Part shown: piece by piece, positions 25,571-39,882 of the stretch | Layout of the letters: each line of letters begins with the position of its first letter | How positions within the stretch are numbered: the stretch's first letter is position 1 | Assembly: GCF_964355755.1 (NCBI RefSeq) | Contig: NW_027306095.1 | Location: 496,001-560,000, forward strand | DNA from: Antedon mediterranea | Lineage: Eukaryota; Animalia; Echinodermata | DNA length: 64,000 nucleotides | Reading direction: 5' to 3' | Program-made: the position numbers and the translations under genes | The notes under the pieces: generated by a model | Databases searched by the model: none | The model's input: only the letters and a program-made list of their open reading frames with translations | What the model was told of the DNA's origin: nothing

Positions 25571-27100
25571 GTCTCAAACGTCTGGAAATGCGAGTTGAAG
25601 CTATTTTGTGCACTTTGTCGTTTTTGTGTGAAAAGTATATTCGAAATGCTCAAAATGGTCTAAAACGTCTCCAAATGCGATTTGAAGCTATTTTGTGATT
25701 TTAAGAACTTTGATGTTTTTGTGTGAAAAGTTTCATCGAAATGCACAAAATGGTCTAAATGCGATTTGAAGCTATTTTGTGCACTTTGATGTTTTTTTGT
25801 GAAAAGTTTCATCGAAATGCACAAAATGGTCTAAAACGTCTCCAAATACGATATTAAGCTATTGTATGTATGTTGATGTTTTTGTGTGAAAAGTTTTATC
25901 GAAATGCTCAAAATGGTCTAAAACGGTTTCAAATGTGATTTTAAGCACTTTGATGTTTTTGTGTAATCAAGTTTCATCGAAATGCACAAAATGGTCTAAA
26001 ACATCTGCAAATGCGATTTTAAGCTATTTTGTGCACTTTCATGTTTTGTGTGAAAAGTTTTATCGAAATGCTCAAAATGGTCTAAAACGGTTTCAAATGT
26101 GATTTTAAGCACTTTGATATTTTTGTGTAATCAAGTTTCATCGAAATGCACCAAATTGTCTAAAACGTCTGCAAATGCGATTTGAAGCTATTTTGTGCAC
26201 TTTGATGTTTTTGTGTGAAAAGTTTCATCGAAATGCACAAAATGGTCTAAAACGTCTCCAAATATGATATTAAGCTATTGTATGCACTTTGTTGTTTTTA
26301 TCTGAAAAGTTTTCACGAAATGCACAAAAGATCTAAAACGTCTCTAAATGCGATTTGAAGTTATTTTGTGCACTTTAATGTTTTGTGTGAAAAGTTTTAT
26401 CGAAATGCACAAAATGGTCTAAAACGTCTCCAAATGCGATTTGAAGCTATTTTGTGCACTTTGATGTTTTGTGTGAAAAGTTTCACCAAAATGCACAAAA
26501 TGGTCTAAAACGTCTCCAAATCCGTTTTGAAGCTAATCTAAGCACTTTGATGTTGTTATGTTAAACAAGTTTTTTCGAAATGCACAAAATGGTCTAAAAC
26601 GTCTCCAAATACGATATAAGCTCTTTTGTGCACTTTGATGTTTTGTGTAATAAGTTTTATAGAAACGCACAAAATGGTCTAAAACGGTTTCAAATGTTAT
26701 TTTAAGCACTTTGATATTTTTGTTTAACCAAGTTTCATCGAAATGCACATAATGGTCTAAAACGTCTCCAAATGCGATTTGAAGCTGTTTTTGTGTGAAA
26801 AGTTTTTTCGAAATACACAAAATGGTCTAAAACGTCTCCAAATACAATTTGGAACTCTTTTGTGCACTTTGATGTTTTTTGTCAAAAGTTTTATAGAAAT
26901 GCTCGAAATGGTCTAAAACGGTTTCAAATGTGATTTTAAGCACTTTGATATTTTTGTGTAATCAAGTTTCATCGAAATGCACAAAATGGTCTAAAACGTG
27001 TTCAAATGCGATTTGAAGCTATTTTGTGATTTTAAGAATTTTGATATTTTTGTGTAATCAAGTTTCATCGAATGCACAAACTGTTCTAAACCTCTCAAAA
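25571..27100 (+). repeat. Diverged ~1.53-kb satellite cassette, copy 1 (subtype a)
   Basis: Dense diagnostic variants: ctcaaacgtctggaaatgcgagtt, aagtatattcg, gtatgtatgttg, gctaatctaagc, gttgttatgttaaac, gtttaaccaag, gaagctgtttttg. Confidence 0.9.
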
Positions 27101-30100
27101 TGCGATTTGAAGCTATTTTGTGCACTTTGATGTTTTTGTGTGAAAAGTTTCATCGAAATTCACAAAATTGTCTAAAACGTCTCCAATTACAATATTAAGA
27201 AATTCTATGCACTTTGATGTTTTTGAGTGAAAAGTTTTTTTCGAAATGCACAAAATGGTCTAAAACGTCTCCAAATGCGATTTGGAGCTCTTTTGTGCAC
27301 TTTGATGTTTTGTGTAAAAAGTTTGCTATTTTGTGCACTTTAATGTTTTGTGTGAAAAGTTTTATCGAAATGCTCAAAATTGTCTAAAACGGTTTCAAAT
27401 GTGATTTTAAGCACTTTGATATTTTTGTGTAATCAAGTTTTTTCGAAATGCACAACATGGTCTAAAACGTCTCCAAATGCGATTTGAAGCTATTTTGTGC
27501 ACTTTGATGTTTTTTTGTGAAAAATTTCATCGAAATGCACAAAATGGTCTAAAACGTCTCTAAATGCGATTTGAAGTTATTTTGTGCACTTTGATGTTTT
27601 GTGTGAAAAGTTTTATCGAAATGCTCAAAATTGTCTAAAACGGTTTCAAATGTGATTTTAAGCACTTTGATATTTTTGTGTAATCAAGTTTCATCGAAAT
27701 GCACAAAATGGTCTAAAACGTCTGCAAATGCGATTTAAAGCTATTTTGTGCACTTTGATGTTTTGTGTGAAAAGTTTTATCGAAATTCTCAAAATGGTCT
27801 AAAACGGTTTCAAATGTGATTTTAAGCACTTTGATGTTTTTGTGTAATCAAGTTTCATCGAAATGCACAAAATGGTTTAAAACGTCTGCAAATGCGATTT
27901 GAAGCTATTTTGTGCAATTTGATGTTTTTGTGTGAAAAGTTTCATCGAAATGCACAAAATTGTCTAAAACGTTTCCAAATACGATATTAAGCTATTGTAT
28001 GCACTTTGATGTTTTTGAGTGAAAAGTTTTTTCGAAATGCACAAAATGGTCTAAAATGCGATTTGGAGCTCTTTTGTGCACTTTGATGTTTTGTGTTAAA
28101 AGTTTGCTATTTTGTGCACTTTAATGTTTTGTGTGAAAACTTTTATCGAAATGCTCAAAATTGTCTAAAACGGTTTCAAATGTGATTTTAATCACTTTGA
28201 TATTTTTGTGTAATCAAGTTTTTTCGAAATGCACAATATGGTCTAAAACGTCTCCAAATGCGATTTGAAGCTATTTTGTGCACTTTGATGTTTTTGTGTG
28301 AAAAGTTTCATCGAAATGCACAAAATGGTCTAAAACGTCTCTAAATGCGATTTAAAGCTATTTTGTGCACTTTGATGTTTTTGTGTGAAAAGTTTCATCG
28401 AAATGCACAAAATGGTCTAAAACGTCTCTAAATGCGATTTGAAGCTATTTTGTGCACTTTGATGTTTTTTTGTGAAAAGTTTCATCGAAATGCACAAAAT
28501 GGTCTAAAACGTCTCTAAATGCGATTTGAAGCTATTTTGTGCACTTTGTCGTTTTTGTGTGAAAAGTTTCATCGAAATGCTCAAAATGGTCTAAAACGGT
28601 TTCAAATGTGATTTTGTGCACTTTGATGTTTTTGTGTAATCAAGTTTCATCGAAATGCACAAAATGGTTTAAAACGTCTGCAAATGCGATTTGAAGCTAT
28701 TTTGTGCACTTTGATGTTTTGTGTAATCCAGTTTCATCGAAATGTACAAAATTGTCTAAAACCTCTCAAAATGCGATTTGAAGCTATTTTGTGCACTTTG
28801 ATGTTTTTGTGTGAAAAGTTTCATCGAAATGCACAAAATTGTCTAAAACGTCTCCAAATACGATATTAAGCTATTGTATGCACTTTGATGTTTTTGAGTG
28901 AAAAGTTTTTTCGAAATGCACAAAATGGTCTAAAACGTCTCCAAATGCGATTTGGAGCTCTTTTGTGCACTTTGATGTTTTGTGTAAAAAGTTTGCTATT
29001 TTGTGCACTTTAATGTTTTGTGTGAAAAGTCGAAATGCTCAAAATTGTCTAAAACGGTTTCAAATGTGATTTTAAGCACTTTGATATTTTTGTGTAATCA
29101 AGTTTTTTCGAAATGCACAACATGGTCTAAAACGTCTCCAAATACGATTTGAAGCTCTTTTGTGCACTTTGATGTTTTGTGTAATAAGTTTTATAGAAAC
29201 GCACAAAATGGTCTAAAACGGTTTCAAATGTGATTTTAAGCACTTTGATATTTTTGTTTAACCAAGTTTCATCGAAATGCACATAATGGTCTAAAACGTC
29301 TCCAAATGCGATTTGAAGCTGTTTTTGTGTGAAAAGTTTTTTCGAAATACACAAAATGGTCTAAAACGTCTCCAAATACAATTTGGAACTCTTTTGTGCA
29401 CTTTGATGTTTTGTGTCAAAAGTTTTATAGAAATGCTCGAAATGGTCTAAAACGGTTTCAAATGTGATTTTAAGCACTTTGATATTTTTGTGTAATCAAG
29501 TTTCATCGAAATGCACAAAATGGTCTAAAACGTGTTCAAATGCGATTTGAAGCTATTTTGTGATTTTAAGAATTTTGATATTTTTGTGAAATCAAGTTTC
29601 ATCGAATGCACAAACTGGTCTAAACCTCTCAAAATGCGATTTGAAGCTATTTTGTGCACTTTCATGTTTTTGTGTGAAAAGTTTCATCGAAATTCACAAA
29701 ATTGTCTAAAACGTCTCCAAATACAATATTAAGCAATTGTATGCACTTTGATGTTTTTGAGTGAAAAGTTTTTTTCGAAATGCACAAAATGGTCTAAAAC
29801 GTCTCCAAATGCGATTTGGAGCTCTTTTGTGCACTTTGATGTTTTGTGTAAAAAGTTTGCTATTTTGTGCACTTTAATGTTTTGTGTGAAAAGTTTTATC
29901 GAAATGCTCATAATTGTTTAAAACGGTTTCAAATGTGATTTTAAGCACTTTAATATTTTTGTGTAATCAAGTTTTTTCGAAATGCACAACATGGTCTAAA
30001 ACGTCTCCAAATGCGATTTGAAGCTATTTTGTGCACTTTGATGTTTTTTTGTGAAAAATTTCATCGAAATGCACAAAATGGTCTAAAACGTCTCTAAATG

Positions 30101-31050
30101 CGATTTGAAGTTATTTTGTGCACTTTGATGTTTTGTGTGAAAAGTTTTATCGAAATGCTCAAAATTGTCTAAAACGGTTTCAAATGTGATTTTAAGCACT
30201 TTGATATTTTTGTGTAATCAAGTTTCATCGAAATGCACAAAATGGTCTAAAACGTCTGCAAATGCGATTTAAAGCTATTTTGTGCACTTTATTGTTTTGT
30301 GTGAAAAGTTTTATCGAAATTCTCTAAATGGTCTAAAACGGTTTCAAATGTGATTTTAAGCACTTTGATGTTTTTGTGTAATCAAGTTTCATCGAAATGC
30401 ACAAAATGGTTTAAAACGTCTGCAAATGCGATTTGAAGCTATTTTGTGCACTTTGATGTTTTTGTGTGAAAAGTTTCATCGAAATGCACAAAATTGTCTA
30501 AAACGTTTCCAAATACGATATTAAGCTATTGTATGCACTTTGATGTTTTTGAGTGAAAAGTTTTTTCGAAATGCACAAAATGGTCTAAAACGTCTCCAAA
30601 TGCGATTTGGAGCTCTTTTGTGCACTTTGATGTTTTGTGTAAAAAGTTTGCTATTTTGTGCACTTTAATGTTTTGTGTGAAAACTTTTATCGAAATGCTC
30701 AAAATTGTCTAAAACGGTTTCAAATGTGATTTTAATCACTTTGATATTTTTGTGTAATCAAGTTTTTTCGAAATGCACAATATGGTCTAAAACGTCTCCA
30801 AATGCGATTTGAAGCTATTTTGTGCACTTTGATGTTTTTGTGTGAAAAGTTTCATCGAAATGCACAAAATGGTCTAAAACGTCTCTAAATGCGATTTGAA
30901 GCTATTTTGTGCACTTTGATGTTTTTGTGTGAAAAGTTTCATCGAAATGCACAAAATGGTCTAAAACGTCTCTAAATGCGATTTGAAGCTATTTTGTGCA
31001 CTTTGATGTTTTTTTGTGAAAAGTTTCATCGAAATGCACAAAATGGTCTA
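26600..31050 (+). repeat. Internal repeat at offset 2534 within HOR unit 1, including a half copy of the diverged cassette at ~29140-29634 (equivalent half copy in unit 2 at ~41922-42416)
   Basis: ORFs 27195/29729 and 39977/42511 differ by 2534. Shared variants gtaataag, gtttaaccaag, gaaaaatttc, aaaactttt, aatcacttt and caatatgg. Confidence 0.85.
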
Positions 31051-33507
31051 AAACGTCTCTAAATGCGATTTGAAGCTATTTTGTGCACTTTGTCGTTTTT
31101 GTGTGAAAAGTTTCATCGAAATGCTCAAAATGGTCTAAAACGTCTCCAAATGCGATTTGAAGCAATTTTGTGCACTTTGATGTTTTTGTGTGAAAAGTTT
31201 CATCGAAATGCACAAAATGGTCTAAAACGTCTGCAAATGCGATTTGAAGCTATTTTGTGCACTTTGTCGTTTTTGTGTGAAAAGTTTTTTCGAAATGCAC
31301 AAAATGGTCTAAAACGTCTCCAATTGCGATTTGAAGTTATTTTGTGCACTTTGATGTTTTGTGTGAAAAGTTTTATCGAAATGCTCAAAATGGTCTAAAA
31401 CGGTTTCAAATGTGATTTTAAGCACTTTGATATTTTTGTGTAATCAAGTTTCATCGAAATGCACAAAATGGTCTAAAACGTCTGCAAATGCGATTTAAAG
31501 CTATTTTGTGCACTTTAATGTTTTGTGTGAAAAGTTTTATCAAAATTCTCAAAATGGTCTAAAACGGTTTCAAATGTGATTTTAAGCACTTTGATGTTTT
31601 TGTGTAATCAAGTTTCATCGAAATGCAATAAATGGTTTAAAACGTCTGCAAATGCGATTTGAAGCTATTTTGTGCACTTTGATGTTTTTGTGTGAAAAGT
31701 TTCATCGAAATGCACAAAATTGTCTAAAACGTCTCCAAATACGATATTAAGCTATTGTATGCACTTTGATGTTTTTGAGTGAAAAGTTTTTTCGAAATGC
31801 ACAAAAGGGTCTAAAACGTCTCCAAATGCGATTTGGAGCTCTTTTGTGCACTTTGATGTTTTGTGTAAAAAGTTTGCTATTTTGTGCACTTTAATGTTTT
31901 GTGTGAAAAGTTTTATCGAAATGCTCAAAATTGTCTAAAACGGTTTCAAATGTGATTTTAAGCACTTTGATATTTTTGTGTAATCAAGTTTTTTCGAAAT
32001 GCACAACATGGTCTTAAACGTCTCCAAATGCGATTTGAAGCTATTTTGTGCACTTTGATGTTTTTGTGTGAAAAGTTTCATCGAAATGCACAAAATGGTC
32101 TAAAACGTCTCTAAATGCGATTTGAAGCTATTTTGTGCACTTGGATGTTTTTGTGTGAAAAGTTTCATCGAAATGCACAAAATGGTCTAAAACGTCTCTA
32201 AATGCGATTTGAAGCTATTTTGTGCACTTTGTCGTTTTTGTGTGAAAAGTTTCATCGAAATGTACAAAATTGTCTAAAACCTCTCAAAATGCGATTTGAA
32301 GCTATTTTGTGCACTTTGATGTTTTTGTGTGAAAAGTTTCATCGAAATGCACAAAATGGTCTAAAACGTCTCTAAATGCGATTTGAAGCTATTTTGTGCA
32401 CTTTGTCGTTTTTGTGTGAAAAGTTTCATCGAAATGCTCAAAATGGTCTAAAACGTCTCCAAATGCGATTTGAAGCAATTTTGTGCAATTTGATGTTTTT
32501 GTGTGAAAAGTTTCATCGAAATGCACAAAATGGTCTAAAACGTCTGCAAATGCGATTTGAAGCTATTTTGTGCACTTTGATGTTTTTTTGTGAAAAGTTT
32601 CATCGAAATGCACAAAATTGTCTAAAACGTCTCTAAATGCGATTTGAAGCTATTTTGTGTACTTTGTCGTTTTTGTGTGAAAAGTTTCATCGAAATGCTC
32701 AAAATGGTCTAAAACGTCTCCAAATGCGATTTGAAGCAATTTTGTGCACTTTGATGTTTTTGTGTGAAAAGTTTCATCGAAATGCACAAAATGGTCTAAA
32801 ACGTCTGCAAATGCGATTTGAAGCTATTTTGTGCACTTTGTCGTTTTTGTGTGAAAAATTTTTTCGAAATGCACAAAATGGTCTAAAACGTCTCCAATTG
32901 CGATTTGAAGTTATTTTGTGCACTTTGATGTTTTGTGTGAAAAGTTTTATCGAAATGCTCAAAATGGTCTAAAACGGTTTCAAATGTGATTTTAAGCACT
33001 TTGATATTTTTGTGTAATCAAGTTTCATCGAAATGCACAAAATGGTCTAAAACGTCTGCAAATGCGATTTAAAGCTATTTTGTGCACTTTAATGTTTTGT
33101 GTGAAAAGTTTTATCGAAATTCTCAAAATGGTCTAAAACGGTTTCAAATGTGATTTTAAGAACTTTGATGTTTTTGTGTAATCAAGTTTCATCGAAATGC
33201 ACTAAATGGTTTAAAACGTCTGCAAATGCGATTTGAAGCTATTTTGTGCACTTTGATGTTTTTGTGTGAAAAGTTTCATCGAAATGCACAAAATTGTCTA
33301 AAACGTCTCCAAATACGATATTAAGCTATTGTATGCACTTTGATGTTTTTGAGTGAAAAGTTTTTTCGAAATGCACAAAATGGTCTAAAACGTCTCCAAA
33401 TGCGATTTGGAGCTCTTTTGTGCACTTTAATGTTTTGTGTAAAAAGTTTGCTATTTTGTGCACTTTAATGTTTTTGTGTGAAAAGTTTCATCGAAATGCA
33501 CAAAATG

Positions 33508-35039
33508 GTCTCAAACGTCTGGAAATGCGAGTTAAAGCTATTATGTGCACTTTGTCGTTTTTGTGTGAAAAGTATATTCGAAATGCTCCAAATGGTCTAA
33601 AACGTCTCCAAATGCGATTTGAAGCTATTTTGTGATTTTAAGAACTTTGATGTTTTTGTGTGAAAAGTTTCATCGAAATGCACAAAATGGTCTAAATGCG
33701 ATTTGAAGCTATTTTGTGCACTTTGATGTTTTTTTGTGAAAAGTTTCATCGAAATGCACAAAATGGTCTAAAACGTCTCCAAATACGATATTAAGCTATT
33801 GTATGTATGTTGATGTTTTTGTGTGAAAAGTTTTATCGAAATGCTCAAAATGGTCTAAAACGGTTTCAAATGTGATTTTAAGCACTTTGATGTTTTTGTG
33901 TAATCAAGTTTCATCGAAATGCACAAAATGGTCTAAAACATCTGCAAATGCGATTTTAAGCTATTTTGTGCACTTTCATGTTTTGTGTGAAAAGTTTTAT
34001 CGAAATGCTCAAAATGGTCTAAAACGGTTTCAAATGTGATTTTAAGCACTTTGATATTTTTGTGTAATCAAGTTTCATCGAAATGCACCAAATTGTCTAA
34101 AACGTCTGCAAATGCGATTTGAAGCTATTTTGTGCACTTTGATGTTTTTGTGTGAAAAGTTTCACCAAAATGCACAAAATGGTCTAAAACGTCTCCAAAT
34201 ATGATATTAAGCTATTGTATGCACTTTGTTGTTTTTATCTGAAAAGTTTTCACGAAATGCACAAAATGATCTAAAACGTCTCTAAATGCGATTTGAAGTT
34301 ATTTTGTGCACTTTAATGTTTTGTGTGAAAAGTTTTATCGAAATGCACAAAATGGTCTAAAACGTCTCCAAATGCGATTTGAAGCTATTTTTTGCACTTT
34401 GATGTTTTGTGTGAAAAGTTTCACCAAAATGCACAAAATGGTCTAAAACGTCTCCAAATCCGTTTTGAAGCTAATCTAAGCACTTTGATGTTGTTATGTT
34501 AAACAAGTTTTTTCGAAATGCACAAAATGGTCTAAAACGTCTCCAAATACGATTTGAAGCTCTTTTGTGCACTTTGATGTTTTGTGTAATAAGTTTTATA
34601 GAAACGCACAAAATGGTCTAAAACGGTTTCAAATGTGATTTTAAGCACTTTGATATTTTTGTTTAACCAAGTTTCATCGAAATGCACATAATGGTCTAAA
34701 ACGTCTCCAAATGCGATTTGAAGCTGTTTTTGTGTGAAAAGTTTTTTCGAAATACACAAAATGGTCTAAAACGTCTCCAAATACGATTTGGAACTCTTTT
34801 GTGCACTTTGATGTTTTGTGTCAAAAGTTTTATAGAAATGCCCGAAATGGTCTAAAACGGTTTCAAATGTGATTTTAAGCACTTTGATATTTTTGTGTAA
34901 TCAAGTTTCATCGAAATGCACAAAATGGTCTAAAACGTGTTCAAATGCGATTTGAAGCTATTTTGTGATTTTAAGAACTTTGATATTTTTGTGTAATCAA
35001 GTTTCATCGAATGCACAAACTGGTCTAAACCTCTCAAAA
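33508..35039 (+). repeat. Diverged cassette, copy 2 (subtype b)
   Basis: Same diagnostic variants, plus aaatgatct, gcccgaaat and aatacgatttggaac. Confidence 0.9.
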
Positions 35040-38000
35040 TGCGATTTGAAGCTATTTTGTGCACATTGATGTTTTTTTGTGAAAAGTTTCATCGAAATGC
35101 ACAAAACGGTCTAAAACGTCTCTAAATGCGATTTGAAGTTATTTTGTGCACTTTGATGTTTTGTGTGAAAAGTTTTATCGAAATGCTCAAAATGGTCTAA
35201 AACGGTTTCAAATTTGATTTTAAGCACTTTGATATTTTTGTGTAATCAAGTTTCATCGAAATGCACAAAATGGTTTAAAACGTCTGCAAATGCGATTTGA
35301 AGCTATTTTGTGCACTTTGATGTTTTTGTGTGAAAAGTTTCATCGAAATGCACAAAATTGTCTAAAACGTTTCCAAATACGATATTAAGCTATTGTATGC
35401 ACTTTGATGTTTTTGAGTGAAAAGTTTTTTCGAAATGCACAAAATGGTCTAAAACGTCTCCAAATGCGATTTGGAGCTCTTTTGTGCACTTTGATGTTTT
35501 GTGTAAAAAGTTTGCTATTTTGTGCACTTTAATGTTTTGTGTGAAAAGTTTTATCGAAATGCTCAAAATTGTCTAAAACGGTTTCAAATGTGATTTTAAT
35601 CACTTTGATATTTTTGTGTAATCAAGTTTTTTCGAAATGCACAACATGGTCTAAAACGTCTCCAAATGCGATTTGAAGCTATTTTGTGCACTTTGATGTT
35701 TTTGTGTGAAAAGTTTCATCGAAATGCACAAAATGGTCTAAAACGTCTCTAAATGCGATTTGAAGCTATTTTGTGCACTTTGTCGTTTTTGTGTGAAAAG
35801 TTTCATCGAAATGCTCAAAATGGTCTAAAACGTCTCCAAATGCGATTTGAAGCTATATTGTGCACTTTGTCGTTTTTGTGTGAAAAGTTTCATCGAAATG
35901 CTCAAAATGGTCTAAAACGTCTCTAAATGCGATTTGAAGCTATTTTGTGCACTTTGATGTTTTTTTGTGAAAAGTTTCATCGAAATGCACAAAATGGTCT
36001 AAAACGTCTCTAAATGCGATTTGAAGCTATTTTGTGCACTTTGATGTTTTTGTGTGAAAAGTTTCATCGAAATGCACAAAATGGTCTAAAACGTCTCTAA
36101 ATGCGATTTGAAGCTATTTTGTGCACTTTGATGTTTTTTTGTGAAAAGTTTCACCGAAATGCACAAAATGGACTAAAACGTCTCTAAATGCGATTTGAAG
36201 CTATTTTGTGCACTTTGTCGTTTTTGTGTGAAAAGTTTCATCGAAATGCTCAAAATGGTCTAAAACGTCTCCAAATGCGATTTGAAGAAATTTTGTGCAC
36301 TTTGATGTTTTTGTGTGAAAAGTTTCATCGAAATGCACAAAATGGTCTAAAACGTCTGCAAATGCGATTTGAAGCTATTTTGTGCACTTTGATGTTTTGT
36401 GTAATCCAGTTTCATCGAAATGTACAAAATTGTCTAAAACGTCTCTAAATGCGATTTGAAGCTATTTTGTGCACTTTGTCGTTTTTGTGTGAAAAGTTTT
36501 TTCGAAATGCACAAAATGGTCTAAAACGTGTCCAAATGCGATTTGAAGTTATTTTGTGCACTTTGATGTTTTGTGTGAAAAGTTTTATCGAAATGCTCAA
36601 AATGGTCTAAAACGGTTTCAAATGTGATTTTAAGCACCTTGATATTTTTGTGTAATCAAGTTTCATCGAAATGCACAAAATGGTCTAAAACGTCTGCAAA
36701 TGCGATTTGAAGCTATTTTGTGCACTTTGATGGTTTGGGTGAAAAGTTTCATCGAAATTCACAAAATGGTCAAAAATGTCTCCAAATGCGATTTGAAGCT
36801 ATTTTGTGCACTTTGTTGTTTTGTGTGAAAAGTTTCATCGAAATGCACAAAATGGTCTAAAACGGTTTCAAATGTGATTTTAAGCACTTTGATATTTTTG
36901 TGTAATCAAGTTTTTTCGAAATGCACAACATGGTCTAAAACGTCTCCAAATGCGATTTGAAGTTGTTTCGTTCACTTTGATGTTTTTGTTTGAAAAGTTT
37001 CATCGAAATGCACAAAATGGTCTAAAACGTCTCTAAATGCGATTTGAACCTATTTTGTGCACTTTGATGTTTTTGTGTGAAAAGTTTCATCGAAATGCAC
37101 AAAATGGTCTAAAACGTCTCTAAATGCGATTTGAAGCTATTTTGTGCACTTTGTCGTTTTTGTGTGAAAAGTTTCATCGAAATGCTCAAAATGGTCTAAA
37201 ACGTCTCCAAATGCGATTTGAAGCTATTTTGTGCACTTCGATGTTTTTTTCTGAAAAGTTTCATCGAAATGCACAAAATGGTCTAAAACGTCTCTAAATG
37301 CGATTTGAAGCTATTTTGTGCACTTTGATGTTTTTGTGTGAAAAGTTTCATCGAAATGCACAAAATGGTCTTAAACGTCTCTAAATGCGATTTGAAGCTA
37401 TTTTGTGCACTTTGTCGTTTTTGTGTGAAAAGTTTCATCGAAATGCTCAAAATGGTCTAAAACGTCTCCAAATGCGATTTGAAGCAATTTTGTGCACTTT
37501 GATGTTTTTGTGTGAAAAGTTTCATCGAAATGCACAAAATGGTCTAAAACGTCAGCAAATGCGATTTGAAGCTATTTTGTGCACTTTGATGTTTTTTTGT
37601 GAAAAGTTTCATCGAAAGGCACAAAATTGTCTAAAACGTCTCTAAATGCGATTTGAAGCTATTTTGTGCACTTTGTCGTTTTTGTGTGAAAAGTTTCATC
37701 GAAATGCTCAAAATGGTCTAAAACGTCTCCAAATGCGATTTGAAGCAATTTTGTGCACTTTGATGTTTTTGTGTGAAAAGTTTTTTCGAAATGCACAAAA
37801 TGGTCTAAAACGTCTCCAAATGCGATTTGAAGCAATTTTGTGCACTTTGATGTTTTGTGTAATCCAGTTTCATCGAAATGTACAAAATTGTCTAAAACCT
37901 CTCAAAATGCGATTTGAAGCTATTTTGTGCACTTTGATGTTTTTGTGTGAAAAGTTTCATCGAAATGCACAAAATTGTCTAAAACGTCTCCAAATACGAT

Positions 38001-38352
38001 ATTAAGCTATTGTATGCACTTTGATGTTTTTGAGTGAAAAGTTTTTTCGAAATGCACAAAATGGTCTAAAACGTCTCCAAATGCGATTTGGAGCTCTTTT
38101 GTGCACTTTGATGTTTTGTGTAAAAAGTTTGCTATTTTGTGCACTTTAATGTTTTGTGTGAAAAGTTTTATCGAAATGCTCAAAATTGTCTAAAACGGTT
38201 TCAAATGTGATTTTAAGCACTTTGATATTTTTGTGTAATCAAGTTTTTTCGAAATGCACAACATGGTCTAAAACGTCTCCAAATGCGATTTGAAGCTATT
38301 TTGTGCACTTTGATGTTTTTGTGTGAAAAGTTTCATCGAAATGCACAAAATG

Positions 38353-39882
38353 GTCTCAAACGTCTGGAAATGCGAGTTGAAGCTATTTTGTGCACTTTGT
38401 CGTTTTTGTGTGAAAAGTATATTCGAAATGCTCAAAATGGTCTAAAACGTCTCCAAATGCGATTTGAAGCTATTTTGTGATTTTAAGAACTTTGATGTTT
38501 TTGTGTGAAAAGTTTCATCGAAATGCACAAAATGGTCTAAATGCGATTTGAAGCTATTTTGTGCACTTTGATGTTTTTTTGTGAAAAGTTTCATCGAAAT
38601 GCACAAAATGGTCTAAAACGTCTCCAAATACGATATTAAGCTATTGTATGTATGTTGATGTTTTTGTGTGAAAAGTTTTATCGAAATGCTCAAAATGGTC
38701 TAAAACGGTTTCAAATGTGATTTTAAGCACTTTGATGTTTTTGTGTAATCAAGTTTCATCGAAATGCACAAAATGGTCTAAAACATCTGCAAATGCGATT
38801 TTAAGCTATTTTGTGCACTTTCATGTTTTGTGTGAAAAGTTTTATCGAAATGCTCAAAATGGTCTAAAACGGTTTCAAATGTGATTTTAAGCACTTTGAT
38901 ATTTTTGTGTAATCAAGTTTCATCGAAATGCACCAAATTGTCTAAAACGTCTGCAAATGCGATTTGAAGCTATTTTGTGCACTTTGATGTTTTTGTGTGA
39001 AAAGTTTCATCGAAATGCACAAAATGGTCTAAAACGTCTCCAAATATGATATTAAGCTATTGTATGCACTTTGTTGTTTTTATCTGAAAAGTTTTCACGA
39101 AATGCACAAAAGATCTAAAACGTCTCTAAATGCGATTTGAAGTTATTTTGTGCACTTTAATGTTTTGTGTGAAAAGTTTTATCGAAATGCACAAAATGGT
39201 CTAAAACGTCTCCAAATGCGATTTGAAGCTATTTTGTGCACTTTGATGTTTTGTGTGAAAAGTTTCACCAAAATGCACAAAATGGTCTAAAACGTCTCCA
39301 AATCCGTTTTGAAGCTAATCTAAGCACTTTGATGTTGTTATGTTAAACAAGTTTTTTCGAAATGCACAAAATGGTCTAAAACGTCTCCAAATACGATATA
39401 AGCTCTTTTGTGCACTTTGATGTTTTGTGTAATAAGTTTTATAGAAACGCACAAAATGGTCTAAAACGGTTTCAAATGTTATTTTAAGCACTTTGATATT
39501 TTTGTTTAACCAAGTTTCATCGAAATGCACATAATGGTCTAAAACGTCTCCAAATGCGATTTGAAGCTGTTTTTGTGTGAAAAGTTTTTTCGAAATACAC
39601 AAAATGGTCTAAAACGTCTCCAAATACAATTTGGAACTCTTTTGTGCACTTTGATGTTTTTTGTCAAAAGTTTTATAGAAATGCTCGAAATGGTCTAAAA
39701 CGGTTTCAAATGTGATTTTAAGCACTTTGATATTTTTGTGTAATCAAGTTTCATCGAAATGCACAAAATGGTCTAAAACGTGTTCAAATGCGATTTGAAG
39801 CTATTTTGTGATTTTAAGAATTTTGATATTTTTGTGTAATCAAGTTTCATCGAATGCACAAACTGGTCTAAACCTCTCAAAA
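38353..39882 (+). repeat. Diverged cassette, copy 3 (subtype a)
   Basis: Copy 1 +12782; carries cacaaaagatct, gctcgaaat and aatacaatttggaac. Confidence 0.9.

Larger units (their letters stand above)
25281..38062 (+). repeat. Higher-order repeat unit 1 (12,782 bp)
   Basis: Every ORF from 25501 to 34532 recurs at exactly +12782 (38283 to 47314), and rare indels are shared. Confidence 0.93.

Noticed and set aside
25571-27100. Diverged cassette as a transposon or foreign insertion
   Set aside because: It aligns to the monomer throughout, with no TIR/LTR, target-site duplication or coding sequence.
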